From: Octopus sinensis
Lineage: Eukaryota
Reading direction: 5' to 3'
Assembly (NCBI RefSeq): GCF_006345805.1
Contig: NC_043012.1
Coordinates: forward strand, 48,236,001-48,300,000
Length of the DNA: 64,000 nucleotides
A program made the position numbers and the translations under genes. A model generated the notes under the pieces. It saw only the letters and a list, made by a program, of their open reading frames with translations, was not told the origin of the DNA and searched no databases. Shown piece after piece: positions 39,016 through 53,332 of the stretch (position 1 is the stretch's first letter; each line of letters starts with the position of its first letter).

Positions 39016-39795
39016 TATTACTCAGGTATGTCTGAATTTAATTATTTACATGTTTACCTAACTCAAGAGTATTAAATAAAAAACACACGATTATCTTTTA
39101 AAAGTTAGGACGTGTTTATTCTCTTCGAAATTGTTGTTGGGCATATTTCTTCTTTTATTGTTGACATATTATAATAGCTAATATTATTTAAAAATTGTTA
39201 GACTCCATCGTTTTGGCTAGAGAAGTAGTATTGTCTGATGTGCGGAAAGTGGTGGGCCAAAGGAAAGTCACATATTCAAATACTGCAGCTGCAATATATG
39301 CAGCGATGAAAAGATGATATTAAGAATAACAATGTACTCCGACTTATATAATATTTGATCTACACCTCTAATAGACTTGGGATTTCTGAACACTCATGTT
39401 AACACACCCAAATAAGAAATGTTTGTAGTTTTACCAGCAAAGGCGTCCATAAAGAGATTATAAAGGTTTCACGTTGTACTGCAACTTATATAAAACTGAC
39501 TATGAGAGCTGCAGCTAAATTTGTTTCCACTTGCGATTTACTGAGTGAATTACTTCTTTCTGGTCATCGATAGAGTCTCCTGATTTGTAAATATCGTTTA
39601 ATCCCAGAAGCACCTGCAACAGCGGCTCTTTGATGATATTGAACAAATATTGTTGAGCGCAGGTATAGCCCTCTTTTGCCAGGTAGTAGTTAACGATTTC
39701 TAGATTTACTTCTAGATTTACATGTATATATACATTTTTTTTAGATTATTGTTTCAAAAGTACGCTAAAATACAGCCCTCTCTTCTTTCCTTCTA

Positions 39796-39857
<62 letters not shown>

Positions 39858-40375
39858 TATACATATATATACATATAAGGTGTATATATCTATATATATA
39901 TATATATATGTGTGTGTTGTGTGTGTGTGTATGTGTTCGTGTGTGCATGTATGTGTAAATATATACATATATATTGGTAACTGTGTGTATTCCAATGGGT
40001 GTGTATATGCGAACATATTACAACATATGTGCACATTCAGGTGTACGCGTGTTAGTAACAGGAATCGTCTTCACTTAAGCAATATTTCTTCTCCCGCTAC
40101 TGCTGAACTGTAGATGGAAGATGGACATTATACCTCAATCAAGTGAGATTCTGCTATTAACTGTAGATTAAACTTCAGTTTTCCCACTCGAAACGCCTAA
40201 GAGCTACAACAATGTATAATAACGAAAATCAGATCTCGTTGCGGAAAAACGTGTGTGTTGCAATCGTTTTATGCATTGATATGTTCGATCTGAGCTGACC
40301 CGGAGCTAGCCCACAATGGTTTCAAATTTTGCCAAAAGGTGAGCAATACTGCGTGGATGGTATATGTTGATTAGA

Positions 40376-40607
40376 AAGGTGGCGAGCTGGCAGAAACTTT
40401 AGCACGCCGGGCGAAATGCTTAGCGGTATTTCGTCTGCGTTACGTTGTGAGTTCAAATTCCGCCGAGGTCGACTTTGCCTTTCATCCTTTCGGGGTCGAT
40501 AAATTAAGTACCAGTTACGCACTGGGGTCGATGTAATCGACTTAATACCTATGTCTGTCCTTGTTTGTCCCCTCTGTGTTTAGCCCATTGTGGGTAATAA
40601 AGAAATA
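40376..40607 (+). mobile_element. SINE family A, young, with 17-bp TSD
   Basis: GGTATATGTTGATTAGA at 40359-40375 and 40608-40624; intact A/B boxes. Confidence 0.92.
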
Positions 40608-40629
40608 GGTATATGTTGATTAGATTTAC

Positions 40630-41405
40630 CTCAGTGTTCAGCTGGTACTTATTTTATTGGCCACCGAATGGATGAAATGTAAAGTGTATCTCGGTGAAAT
40701 TTGAACGCAGAGCGTAAAGGCAGACGAAATGTCGCTAAGTATTTCGCCCGACGTGCTAACGATCCTGTCAGTTCGCCTTCTTAACTATGAAAATAATATT
40801 AGCATAAGGCAAGCAATTACGGAGGAGGAGATAAGTCGATCAGATCGACACTGGCGTTCAGTTGGTACTTATTTTATCGACACCTAAAGGATGAAAGGCA
40901 AAGTCGAACTCGGCTGAATTTGAACACAGAAAGAGAAAACGAACAAAATACCGGTAAGCATTTTGTCCGGCGTGCTAACGCTTCTTATTTCTTATTTCTT
41001 TTTGCCCACAAGGGACTAAACATAGAAGGGACAAACAAGGACAGACAAAGAGCTTAAGTCGATTACATAGACCCCAGTGCGTAACTGGTACTTAATTTAT
41101 CGACCCCGAAAGGATGAAAGGCAAAGTTGTCCTCGGTGGAATTTGAACTCAGAACGTAACAGTAGACGAAATACCTATTTCTTCACTACCCACAAGGGGC
41201 CAAACACAGAGGGGACAAACAAGGATAGACAAACGGATTAAGTTGATTAGATCGTCCCCAGTACCTAACTAGTGCTTAATTTATCGACCCCGAAAGGATG
41301 AAAGGCAAATTCGACCTCGGCGGAATTTGAACTCAGAACGTAACTGCAGACGAAATACCGCTAAGTTTTTCGCCCGGCGTGCTAACGTTTCTGCCACCAC
41401 GCCGC
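40630..41405 (-). mobile_element. Cluster of four minus-strand SINE family A copies
   Basis: Repeated GGATGAAAGGCAAA.TCGACCTCGGCGGAATTTGAACTCAGAACGTA units at ~40630-40782, 40815-40980, 40985-41170 and 41171-41405. Confidence 0.9.
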
Positions 41406-41910
41406 CATCCCAAGCGCTAGAGATAACTGGACTAATGCTACAAGAAACGCACTGCAGAAAAATTCTAAAAGAATTCACAGTATTACTAGAACAAACTCTT
41501 CTTTATCCAGATGAAATCTTAGAAGAAATATCATACAAAATATAAACAAACTGTTTGATGTTGGTAATGAGCAGAAATTATTTGTTCAAATGAAATTAAA
41601 TTTTTGTTTTTGGTAAAAACGGTGAGTTTTCTTTTAAATTACATGTGTGTGTGTGTGTGTATTTGTTTAACTATACATAGGTACACATTTGCAATCAGAC
41701 ACATACATATATGTATGTGTGTGTATATGCATAAACGGTGAAATGGATTTTAAAATATGTATGTTCGAATATACGTATGATGTATATATATACTTATATA
41801 TATATATATATACAGAGAGAGAGAAAGAGAGACAGAGGTAGACAGAATTACATATATGTATGTGTTTTTTTCTTTTTCTTTTTTCTGTGTTTTCTTGTTT
41901 GGATTAACTT

Positions 41911-41965
<55 letters not shown>

Positions 41966-41966
41966 T

Positions 41967-42041
<75 letters not shown>

Positions 42042-43678
42042 TGTATCTATATATATGCTCTTTTTCCTCTTGCTTTACAAGAGATAATACCTACTTCTGC
42101 CTGACTCTTGTCACAGCTCGTTTCTCCAGCGTTCACCATTTCACTTCGCTATGACTTAACAGCCCTCGCCGTTTGTTTTTACTGATTTGTTCTTACTGTC
42201 CTGTTTCTGTTACCATTTTAACCCTCCGCAAAAATCCCAAATTTTATTTGATTTGCTTTGCTGGAAGGACTGTTTTAACCTTCGACCCGCGGAGTAGATA
42301 AAACAGGGAACATCTGATGAATGAATTGTTTTTTATGTTGCCTGTCTCGTTTCTCTATTTGTTTCTTTCGTTTTTCCCCATAAATTTCGTTTTCCATGTC
42401 TTTTTCTTCTTCTATATTTTCGTTTTTCATCTTGTTCATTTTTCTTGACGTCCTGTACCCATATATACATGTTTACATGCATATATATGTACATATATGT
42501 ACATATATGTATATATGTGCATATGTATATTATTTATGATATTATATATATGTATATATATGTGTATGTGTGCGTGTGCGTATTACATGGAAAAAATGCG
42601 AGCATGAAAAGTAATACTCTTAAGATTATAACCCTAGAAAAGTACAGGACAAGTTATTACACCTGGAAAAGTATAGGAAAAAGTATTACTTCTAGTAATG
42701 TAAAGAATAAGAAACTTTTTACTTAAAATATTGCAGCAAAGAATTCCAGTTCTTCTAATTTATCACTCTTTACAGATCTCATCTTTTAAATTTATTATAC
42801 AAATCTGCTCAGCTAATATGTAAGTTTGTCTAATTAGTCACTTTTTTTCTGTAATTAAGGCAGTAAATTACCCATATTCTACTAAAATAAGTATAATGTT
42901 ATTTGTAAACTATAATAAAATAAGTTTTAATATTCAAATTTTAATGTTAAGTAAAAAGGTTCTTATTCTTTACTTTACTAGAAGTAATAGCTTGTCCTAT
43001 ACTTTACAGGTGTAAGATAACATTTCAATTTTTCCATGTAAGTGATAATAATATTTCATTTTTTTTTCTTTCATGTTTAATTTAAATATATGTTGTGATT
43101 GAATTATCTGATATTACCCATCTACACCAAATTAATGGCAGGGATTTTTACCATGTTGTTGGTTGCACAATGGCTCACCAAAGTTGCAAACAACAAGACC
43201 CCAAAACCAACAGTCTCAACTTAAGAAACACAATTTTGCAATATTATGATTTCACAGGAATTCATTCGACGAAGACAAATTTTCCAATGATTCCGGGATT
43301 GAGGGGGACCCCCACCTCATTTTTGCCGAACCAAAATAAGGAATTTGCAGCATATTAGGAGGTTAGGATACTTAATTCGACACAAATAATCAATTTTTTT
43401 ATTTTTTTATTTTTCTAAAAGGTGCGTGTGTTAATATAGAAATTTACGATAATGTTATTTAGGTTCAAATCAAACCTGATACTGCAAACCTATAATCAAA
43501 AATATTCCAGCCTTGAGCAAGCCGTCTTTTTAGGGATAATATAGGACATTGCATACAATGGGCATGTGATTTAGGTAGGGGCATACTTTAGCTGCTATTC
43601 TTAACATAACGAACGACCAGGTAGAGGCTCTTCCATTGGTTCGATTGCGTGGTTGAGATATTTTTACATACATATGTA

Positions 43679-43734
<56 letters not shown>

Positions 43735-43919
43735 TCGGCAGAAGTTAGAGAATAAGTCAAAAGCTGAGAGTTTCGTGTATTGGCACGAATTCATCTGACG
43801 AAGTAACTTCTAAAATACAAAATTTTGTCAAAAGCGTTAAGAGTAAACCCTGTTCTATGTGACACATTCTACCAGTATCGGAAGTTTGAAAGTGCTTAGT
43901 TTTAAAAAAACTATGTAAT

Positions 43920-44060
43920 CTATACTTCAAATTCAATAGATCCGAAATAGATGAAAGGCAAAGTCGACCCTGGCGAATTTGAACTCTGAACATAAAAACA
44001 GACGAAATACCTCTCAGCATTCCGCCCGGTACGCTAATGGTTCTGCCAACTCACCGCCTT
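43920..44060 (-). mobile_element. SINE family A fragment
   Basis: GATGAAAGGCAAAGTCGACCCTGGCGAATTTGAACTC...TTCTGCCAACTCACCGCCTT. Confidence 0.82.
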
Positions 44061-44523
44061 AGAACACAAACATTCATTTCAGATATATACTCTTTATTCT
44101 TATTTCTTAAGCGTTACTCCCTTACTTCCTCACTTACTGAAATTAAATTTCGTAACATTTTACCTCATAACAATTTTTTCAATGCGACTAACGATTCTGA
44201 ATTCTTCATGCACTTTTTAATCATTTAAGCCTAAGAAAAGTATTCTTTTAATTTAAAATTTTAAAATGTATGTTAATTGCAGATGAATATCTGTCTCACT
44301 ACACTCCTTGAGCTCGCAGAGGAAACTTTTTTTTCTTCTGAACCAAATCTCAATCTATTTATGCCAACGTGTAGCTGAGGAAGTGTCCTATTTAAAACTA
44401 TTAACAGTTTGCAATTTAGTTGGGAACTGAATTAGGGGTGAAGTTTGGAGGCTGCTGCGATTGACGAAATGGTGGACTTAATAATATATTCAACAACTAC
44501 CGTAGTTGAATGACATATATATA

Positions 44524-44570
<47 letters not shown>

Positions 44571-44575
44571 GTATG

Positions 44576-44628
<53 letters not shown>

Positions 44629-44860
44629 ATATCTTACACAACTCATTGCATTGAGACTTCAACATATAAATAATTATGCTCATTGTGTATATAACAAATC
44701 ATTCGCTTTCATATATCCAATGGATATATATTTTACGTGCTGTTTATTTCGTTGGCCACACGAACATGAAGGGTTAAGTGAACAAGGCTTAAAGGGCCAT
44801 AATAATCTACTGTGACAGATTTCTGTTCGACCGTCGACGTTTATATATATATATGTATTA

Positions 44861-44891
<31 letters not shown>

Positions 44892-45840
44892 TATAATATA
44901 TATATACATACACACATACATATATATATATATATACATACAAACATACAATATTCATCTAGATAAATATTATTGATATGATATATACGTGTGTCTGTAT
45001 ACGTATTTATACTTATACATATATTATATATACGTATATAGACATACATAAGCTTACATAGATATGTAATATATAATATATATGTATAACATGTGTATAT
45101 ATACATACACAAACGCACGCAGACGTACACGTATTTGTAGAACTGTTAGGTTACCAGGCAAAAGTGAAAGACAACACGAACAATGACGGCTTTGATGCCG
45201 TTGTGAACAAAAACGGAAACGTGGACGCACACAACTACACACAAGTAAATTTATATGCGTGCAACCGAGCTAATATTTATCTCTTTTATATGTTTGTGTT
45301 TATGCTTGTTCTGCCTCTTATGGGTTTAATCTTTATATGTGTGTGTGTGTTTTTGTGTTTGTGTGTGGTATGTATGTTTGTATGTATGTATTCTTGTATG
45401 TATGTGTATGTAAGTATATATGTGTGTATATATATATATATATCTATATATATATATATATATATATGTATACATATACATATATATACATACACACACA
45501 CATATATATGGGTGTGTATAAATATATATATATATACATATATATACATAAGCATAGACTCACAGATAGATATATATACACACATGCACACACACACACA
45601 CACACATATATATATGTGGTGTCATATAATTAAACATATCGATATAGGTAGCCGGAAAGAGAGAGAGTAAATATGTATTTATATGAGTGTGTTTGTGTGT
45701 GTATATGTGTGTGTGTTGTGTGTTGTATGTGTGCGTCTTTGTTTGTGTGTGTGTGCGGGTATGTGTGTGTATGTGTGCCTCTGTGGGTGTGCATATGCGT
45801 GCGTTTGTGTGTGTGTGTGGTGTTGTGTGTGTGTGTGTGT

Positions 45841-45884
<44 letters not shown>

Positions 45885-46553
45885 CGTGTGTGATTGTATA
45901 AAAATCAGACGAAACTGTTTGAAATGTAACGGTGCAGAAATCAAATTTCCAAGAGATGGTAAAATTATGATTAATCAAAGGAAATATTGATAATTGCAGA
46001 AACCCTTTGATGATGTGTATAGAAATATAGAAATTACACATCGGATCATGTGATGGTGTATCTTTTAAGTTTTTCATACCAGCTTAGTAATTACACGCGA
46101 GTCATGTTTGTTTAGTTCGATTAGTAGGTGACGGGAGAATTTCTTGAGATAGGAAACGGCTGACCTCGACCTTCATTAATCTTCTCTGCCCTATCACCTT
46201 TACTACTGGACCTTCAAAGCAAGGGTAAAACAACCTGTTAAACCTCTTCTTTTTTTTTTTCGTGGGTCTATTCCCACAACAGATTTGCTTGATCCAACTG
46301 TGATCGACATAAGCGGAGCCGTTAGACTAATACTTCAGTTTTAGACTAATGAGTGAAATATCCCACCAAATCACACAGGATCTCTATCATACTCTCGGCT
46401 AATTGCCTGTATAATTTATCTAACAGTTAAAGAGCCTATTTCTGTTAACGTAATGGTTTTGGAAAATGCTCCATAATCCTTGAAGTGAAAGTCATAAAAC
46501 TGTTCGTGAAATACAAAGTATAGAAATGAAAATTTAAGTATTGCAAGATATAG

Positions 46554-46956
46554 TCGCATGAGTGACTGAGCCGTAAGAAGCTTGCTTTCCCAACCACAAT
46601 TTTCAGGGTTCGGTCCCACTGTATGGCACCGAGATCAAGTGTCTTTACTATAGCCTCAGGCCGACCGAAGACTTCTCAGTGGATCTGATAGACAGAAATT
46701 GAATGAAGCCCGTCCTATATGTGTGTGTGTGTATGTGTGTGTGGGTGGGTGTGTGCGTACGTCTTTGTGTTTGTGTTTGTCCCCACCACCGCTTCACAAC
46801 CGGCTCTGATGTATTTATGTCCCCTATCTTAGTGGTCCGGAAAAGATAAGTACCAGGCTTTAAAACAATAAGCACTAGACTGATTGCATTCGACTAAAAA
46901 TTCTTCAAGGCAGTGCTCCAGCGTGGCCTCAGTCTAACGACCGAAACAAGTAAAAG
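46554..46956 (+). mobile_element. SINE family B, diverged
   Basis: GGTTCGGTCCCACTGTATGGCACC...CAAGTGTCTTTACTATAGCCTCAGGCCGACC...GCAGTGCTCCAGCGTGGCC...GAAACAAGTAAAAG. Confidence 0.85.
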
Positions 46957-47129
46957 ATTTTAAAAAAAAACGAAAAAGACCTGAAAATACTAGTTTAAAA
47001 TTTCTTGTTTAACCACAGATTAAATGAACAATCTTTTGCATTTATTGAGGCACAAATAACGGTTAGAAAAGTAAGTGATTATTGTTAGATCTCTATATTT
47101 TCGGTGGAGCCGTGTTGTAATTGCTTCTA

Positions 47130-47650
47130 TCTTCGGATTCTGCTTCATATTTGGGCGATAAACTGTATAAACCTGCTCAGACCTTCAACTTCAGTGGCGA
47201 CGTTGATCCTCTTGTCTTCTCAGAAATAGTTTCCGTTTGCCGAAAATAGTTGTGGCTTTGGAGATCCTATCACTGGTCTCGTCTTTATTGTGTGTTGTCA
47301 AAAAAGATCTTGTCAACTAATCTATGTCCATTTACAGTTGTCCGAACTGCTCAGCAATTTATTTCCAGGCCTGGCTGTGGCATGAATCAATCTTCTTCCT
47401 CTGAGGCCGAATGTAATACAGCAGCACATATTTGAAAAATAGCAATACAACTGTAATATCTCATCATTTTTAGTATTGACAAAGAAGTCATCAGCTAAGA
47501 GTAAATTCTTGAAGACCTTTGGAAATATTAAGACAACACGGTAATGTTGTACAATTTACCACCAGCAAATAGTTCAATATACCGTATACTGATGCCCGAT
47601 ATGGCACTCTGAAAAACGTCAGTCAGCATTATAGAAAACAACATGCTACA
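47130..47650 (-). mobile_element. Decayed RTE-clade LINE reverse transcriptase fragment
   Basis: Minus-strand pieces MLFSIMLTDVFQ..GISIRY, NLLLADDFFVN (cf. FLFADD), TVNG..VDK and KDETSDRISKATTIFGK occur in RTE RT order, with frameshifts. Confidence 0.7.
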
Positions 47651-47674
47651 GAGTTTAGATTGATAATGTTTAAC

Positions 47675-48094
47675 CGGATCTTTTCGGTTTGAACGGCAAT
47701 GTTTAACATAATTTCTAGGTAACTAAAAAATTTTAAACTTCATATACTGGTAGAATGTGTTTATAAAACATCTTTTTTTCTTGGCTTTATTGAGAAAATT
47801 CTATAGTTTGTAAGATATTTGTTGGGGTTTTTTTCTTCATTTTCTGCAATTTCAACCAATCAGTGACGTCTATTGAGTTAAAAAGCATTCTGTGCCGTAT
47901 GAATATGTCCCTCGTTTAAGAAACAGATTGGGTTTATTTACATTTGTGAAGAAAACAATACACCCTTCCCCCACCCCTAACCCTAACCCTAAAAGAGATT
48001 GAAATGCAATAGATATATTCTAGGGTCATAATTATGGGTGACAATTTCATATGACACCGCTAGAAAAAACCGCCGTTCAAACCGAAAAGATCCG
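47675..48094. mobile_element. MITE-like element with 23-bp perfect TIRs and internal (CCCTAA)3
   Basis: CGGATCTTTTCGGTTTGAACGGC (47675-47697) / GCCGTTCAAACCGAAAAGATCCG (48072-48094); CCCTAA x3 at 47975-47992; no clear TSD. Confidence 0.85.
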
Positions 48095-48249
48095 CTTAAC
48101 CTTACTTGATACCATTTTCTATTAGAATGCTCCATATGTTTCTATATCATATGGACAAATATATCCGAACATAGTGTATTTAGAACAACATTATTAAATC
48201 TATTTAGGACTACATTATTATGTATGTAGGACTACATTATTTAACTGAA

Positions 48250-48545
48250 GGCGCGTAGTTTACTGGTCGTGAGTTCAATTCCCGGCGGCGCGTTGTGTCC
48301 TAGAGCAAGACACTTTATTTCACGTTGCTCCAGTCCACTCAGCTGGCAAAAAAGAGTAGTACCTGTATTTCAAAGGGTCAACCTTGTCACAGTCTGTGTC
48401 ACGCTGAATCTCCCCGAGAACTACGTTAAGGGTACACTTGTTTGTGGAGTTCTCAGCCACTTCCACGTTAATTTCACGAGCAAGTTGTTCCGTTGATCGT
48501 ATCAGCTGGGACCCTCGTCGTCGCAACCGACGGAGTGCTCCGTAT
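48250..48545 (+). mobile_element. SINE family C (TGTGTCC.TGAGCAAGACACTTTA core)
   Basis: GAGTTCAATTCCCGG B-box followed by GTTGTGTCCTAGAGCAAGACACTTTATTTCACGTTGCTCCAGTCCACTCAGCTG; the 5' half is shared with the 61229 copy. Confidence 0.75.
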
Positions 48546-49184
48546 TTAATCTATACGACTTTAACGATAGCAGAGTGTGATATAAGGGAAACTTGGTTGT
48601 TATTTCTAACTATTCAAGTGATGCCGTAGACCACAGTAGATTCATATGCAAGCTCTATCAGGTCAAACCTTACAGTGCATGATTATAAAAAAAAAGCCAT
48701 ATAAAAAGCTGCATTAAAAAAAAAAAAACTATCTTTTCTGACACACTGAATCTATGGCTACATTAAATAATCAAATATTTCCTTTGTTAAGGTACTAGCG
48801 GTGAGAGATTAGACTGATATTTCTAATAGAGTCTACTGTATTTTAAAAATCTGTTATAGGAAAATGTGTGTGTAATGGCGCTCTTAAATTACAACAGACT
48901 AAGGATTTTGCAACATCTGGAAACATCTACTTGCTATAGCGATGTACTTATGGAAGATATAGTTGAAGCAGCCGAAGAAAAATTATGCGTCTATTACTTC
49001 AAGCGCACCACGTTGCCAGAGATAGTCGGAGACGCAGACTTCCAAACATGTTCGCTCCTTCTCTGCGCGTGACTGAATATTTAAGCACGCGTTCTGTCAT
49101 TATTTGCTTTGATACGCACCCACGCAGAAACACGTACGTACACACACACCTAACTAATACATAAAATTCATAAATACATATATA

Positions 49185-49188
49185 CGTA

Positions 49189-49235
<47 letters not shown>

Positions 49236-49378
49236 ACATATGTGTATATATATATATATATATAACATATATATACATATATATATATATATATACATAT
49301 ACATACATATATATACATATATATATGTGAGTGTGTGTATACATATATACACATATATATAAATGTATGTCTATATAA

Positions 49379-49412
<34 letters not shown>

Positions 49413-49442
49413 GTGTATGTATGTATATATGTATATATATAT

Positions 49443-49484
<42 letters not shown>

Positions 49485-49527
49485 AGAGAGAGAGAGAGGA
49501 GAGAGAGAGAGAGATACGTACATACAT

Positions 49528-49566
<39 letters not shown>

Positions 49567-49590
49567 CACATACATATATATGCATACATA
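49185..49590. repeat. (TA)n-dominated microsatellite
   Basis: Visible. Confidence 0.95.
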
Positions 49591-50650
49591 CAGAAACGTG
49601 CTGCACACAGACATTCATGTATAAATATGTTCGTGTTACTCTGTATGTGTGTGTGTGTGTATTTATGTTTGTGAATGTATTATATTATTTTTTTGTCTTT
49701 TTTTGTTTAATTTCTATTTCAAGAGAATTGCATTATATCATGCAGCTGCAGTGAAAATAAAGCTACACAATAGTGGGTGGAGATGACAAGTAAGTTTCGC
49801 AACCTCCTCCTTTCACTCTTCTATGAACGCACGTGGGTGTAAGTACATTATAATTTGCCTTCACCTGTGTACATTCTAATACACACACATAACAGACATG
49901 TGTCCACGCATAGGCACTCATGCGTGCCAACATGAAAGCAAAGAGGCACAAACAGTCGTACGCATCGAGTGTGTATATGTACATATGAGTGAGTACGTAT
50001 ATGTGGATTCATCTGTGTGTGTGTGTGTGTGGTGTGTAAGTGCGTCTGTAAGTATCTATATTTCAATATACCGTGGTATATGCATGAATGCTTAAAGAAT
50101 GAGTGCAGATACACACACGAGGGTGTTTGTGCGAGAAGCTTAGGCTTTGATTTTGATTTCAAAGGATGGGTCGCCGGGTGTTCAAACGCTATTAAAGGCA
50201 CCTGTCACTGGGATGACAGCTACTAAAGCAGAGGTGTATAAAGAAATATGTGTAAATCCATGATATATAGGTATATGTATATTTTTCTTTATGCATGTGT
50301 GAGTATGCTTGTGTGCGATTATATTATGTGTGTGTGTGTGTGTGTGGTGTGTGTGTGTGTACAAACACACACATTCCAGCTCATGCGAACTCATAGCAGA
50401 ATGTATGTCATCCATATTGTGTATACCTATAAAAACTTTTGTTTGTTTTTCACTTACATTTCCTATGCAAGACTGTAGGATAACCTGTCAACTGAAATTA
50501 CACACACATAATATATATGCACATGTATTCTTCATGTATATATATATATATACACATATACATATGCAAATATGTTGTATATGTAGTATATATATCTATG
50601 ATTATATGTATGTCTATAGACATGGGTGTGTGAGTGAGTGTGTGTGGCGG

Positions 50651-50693
<43 letters not shown>

Positions 50694-51114
50694 GTGTGTG
50701 TGTGTGTGTGTGATGTATACAAAGGATGCTTTTGCTGAATCAATTTTTTCTCCCTTAAACTGACACCACCAGAAAGTAAAAATGTATTTGAAATGTTTCA
50801 ACTTTGAAAGACTTGCGAGAGTGCGCCTTCAAACATATTGGTCACTACGACCTCTTTTCAGACATTTCAAATAGCTGGACTACCTCGCAGTCTAATAGAG
50901 TTGACGTAAGTTAGTAGCTTGTTACCTTTTTCAAGTCCATGTTTCTGCGCGGATTAATTGTTGCACAAGAAAAATTCCCATCACTTTTGCTACTACTCAC
51001 ACCTTTCCTTACGACAGCAATGTTTTTGCTTTGCCGTACATTTACCAGATATATATTCATTTATTTTTACAGATTTATTTACAGGCGTGGCTGCGCTTTA
51101 AGATACTTGCTTCT

Positions 51115-51306
51115 CAACTATAGTATTTTGTGTTCAGTCTCTACTGCGCGGCATCATGGGCAAGTGACTTCTCTTATAGCCTCGGGCCGACAAAAGCCTT
51201 GAGAGTGAATTTGATAGACGGAAACTGAAAGAAGCTCGTCGTATATAAATATTCATATTTCTCTGTCGTCGTATATAAATATTCATGTTTCTCTGTGTAT
51301 GTGTGT

Positions 51307-51351
<45 letters not shown>

Positions 51352-51535
51352 CGACATCACCAACTGACAACCAGTGTTGGTTTGTTTACGTTTCGGTAAA
51401 CTAGCGGTTCGACAAAAAGTGACCGATAGAATATGTATCAGGCTTAAAAATAAAAATATTAACTGGGGTCGTTTCATTCGACTCAAAGTGATTCGAGGCG
51501 GTGCCCCAACATGGCCGCAGTCCAATGATTTAAAC
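51115..51535 (+). mobile_element. SINE family B, diverged
   Basis: GGGCAAGTGACTTCTCTTATAGCCTCGGGCCGAC...GACGGAAACTGAAAGAAGC...GGCGGTGCCCCAACATGGCCGCAGTC. Confidence 0.82.
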
Positions 51536-52077
51536 CGGTTACTGATAAAACATGACAAGACGCCGACAGTATATGCACTACTGACGCTTCTGTTAAATTT
51601 ACAGTTTGTTATTCATGGTGAAGGAAAAATTAGGGTACTATCAATAAGAAGGAAATTAAAGAATGAGAATACGAAAGGGAAAGATGAAAGAGAAGTAATG
51701 GAGGTAGTAAAAAGGAAAAAAGAGGGGTTTGGTTTGGAAACTTGCGATGGAAGTAATTATTGGTAAGTGAGATGAATGTAAAACAATGCTGAATAAATGA
51801 ATGAACGAATGGTAAAAGAATGAAAGAGTGGATAGAAACATCGAATAGTAATGGTTGAAGAACAGAAGATTGTAAGGAAAAAGAAAAGGAAAAGGTTAAA
51901 AATGATGGGTAAAGAAGAAAACAGAAGTAGAAAAAGAAGGTACGAAAGTATTGAGATAAATTATGTATGTTTGCATATGTGTGTTTGTGTTTAGGCGTGA
52001 GTGTGTGTATGTGCGTGTACGTGTGTGTATGTGTATGTTTGCGTGTGTGTGTGTGTTACATACACCGTGAAAGTGAA

Positions 52078-52108
<31 letters not shown>

Positions 52109-52191
52109 GGAATAATACGGTAGATAGAGTGACTGACTGATAGATAGCCGGATAGATAGATAGATAGAAAGATAGATAGATATATATATAT

Positions 52192-52227
<36 letters not shown>

Positions 52228-53300
52228 TCCATAATATATGTAGATAAATGTCACACTGAGAATGAAGAAAAATGTTTAAAAAAGCATGGCAAATGAAGAA
52301 GAAGGAGAAGAAGAAGAAGAAGAAGAAGAAGAAGACTGTTTGAGTGGAGAAAAAAGCCTGAAGACAAACCGAAAATGTAGAATGAAGAAAGAAAGTGGAG
52401 TTTCATAATGGAATTGGTAAATGTAAAAAATTGAGTTTGCGGTAAGGAATTCTCTTCTATAATAGAAAAACAAAATACAACGTTCACAGGTCCATAACAT
52501 ATGTAGATAAATTTTATTTTTACCCTTTTAGGAGCCATAGTATCTTAAGAGTTCATTTCAAGATACTCAGAAATTATTTTTGGATGTTGCGCTAAATATA
52601 ACGTTCTTTTTTACTGTTGTTAGTGCTGTTTATGTCGTTTTTTCTTTATTTTTTTCCATATATTGTTGATGTTATATTGTAGAGTATGCTAAATGTTAGA
52701 ATCGATGGAATCGCAGACAAAATATCTTTCTGTATATACTTACGACTTCATACCATCTGAGTTCAAAATCCCGCAGGGGTTAGGTTTGAACTTCATTCGG
52801 GGGGGGGGGGGGGGTAAAACAAAGAAAATAAAGACAAGTACAGGTGTTTGTTGTCATCAAATGTACCCCATCCTCGCACATATTCAAATTTTTATAATTT
52901 TGTGTCCATGTAAGAAATCTTTGTTATTTAGAGATATGCTTTGGCAAAATAGTTGTAGCGTCGGACGAAATTATAGCGGTATTTAGAGACGAGTTCGAAT
53001 CCTACCGCGATCAACTTAGCAGTCGTCCTTCAGAGATCCTTAGCTTTCATCCTTCAGAGATCTATCAAACAAAATATTAGTCACTGTACGATTGCCTTTT
53101 TTCCTCAAATCTCTTACTTTAATTACTACGGGCGTTGTTATTGCTGTTTAACCTGAAGTTTCATCTGATCGAATACATGTAGATGACAAAGAATTTTCCC
53201 ACCGTGACAGCCCTGTCTTTTTTCTATATCCAAGGCCTGCATTGTTTTATGTATCCTTCGCTGTTTCAAATAGTTAAGTGCGGTTTGAAGGTGATTTGGA

Positions 53301-53332
<32 letters not shown>

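Noticed and set aside
40376-41405. Repeated ~45-nt conserved units with variable spacers (CRISPR-like look)
   Set aside because: They are clustered SINE copies in eukaryotic DNA, with mixed orientation, irregular spacing and no cas genes.
42314-43801. Isolated CTGATGA (42314) and CTGACGA (43795) heptamers
   Set aside because: No stem II followed by GAAAC downstream; expected by chance.
47975-47992. (CCCTAA)3 as an interstitial telomere or fusion scar
   Set aside because: It is only three units and lies inside a TIR-bounded element; reported as part of the MITE instead.
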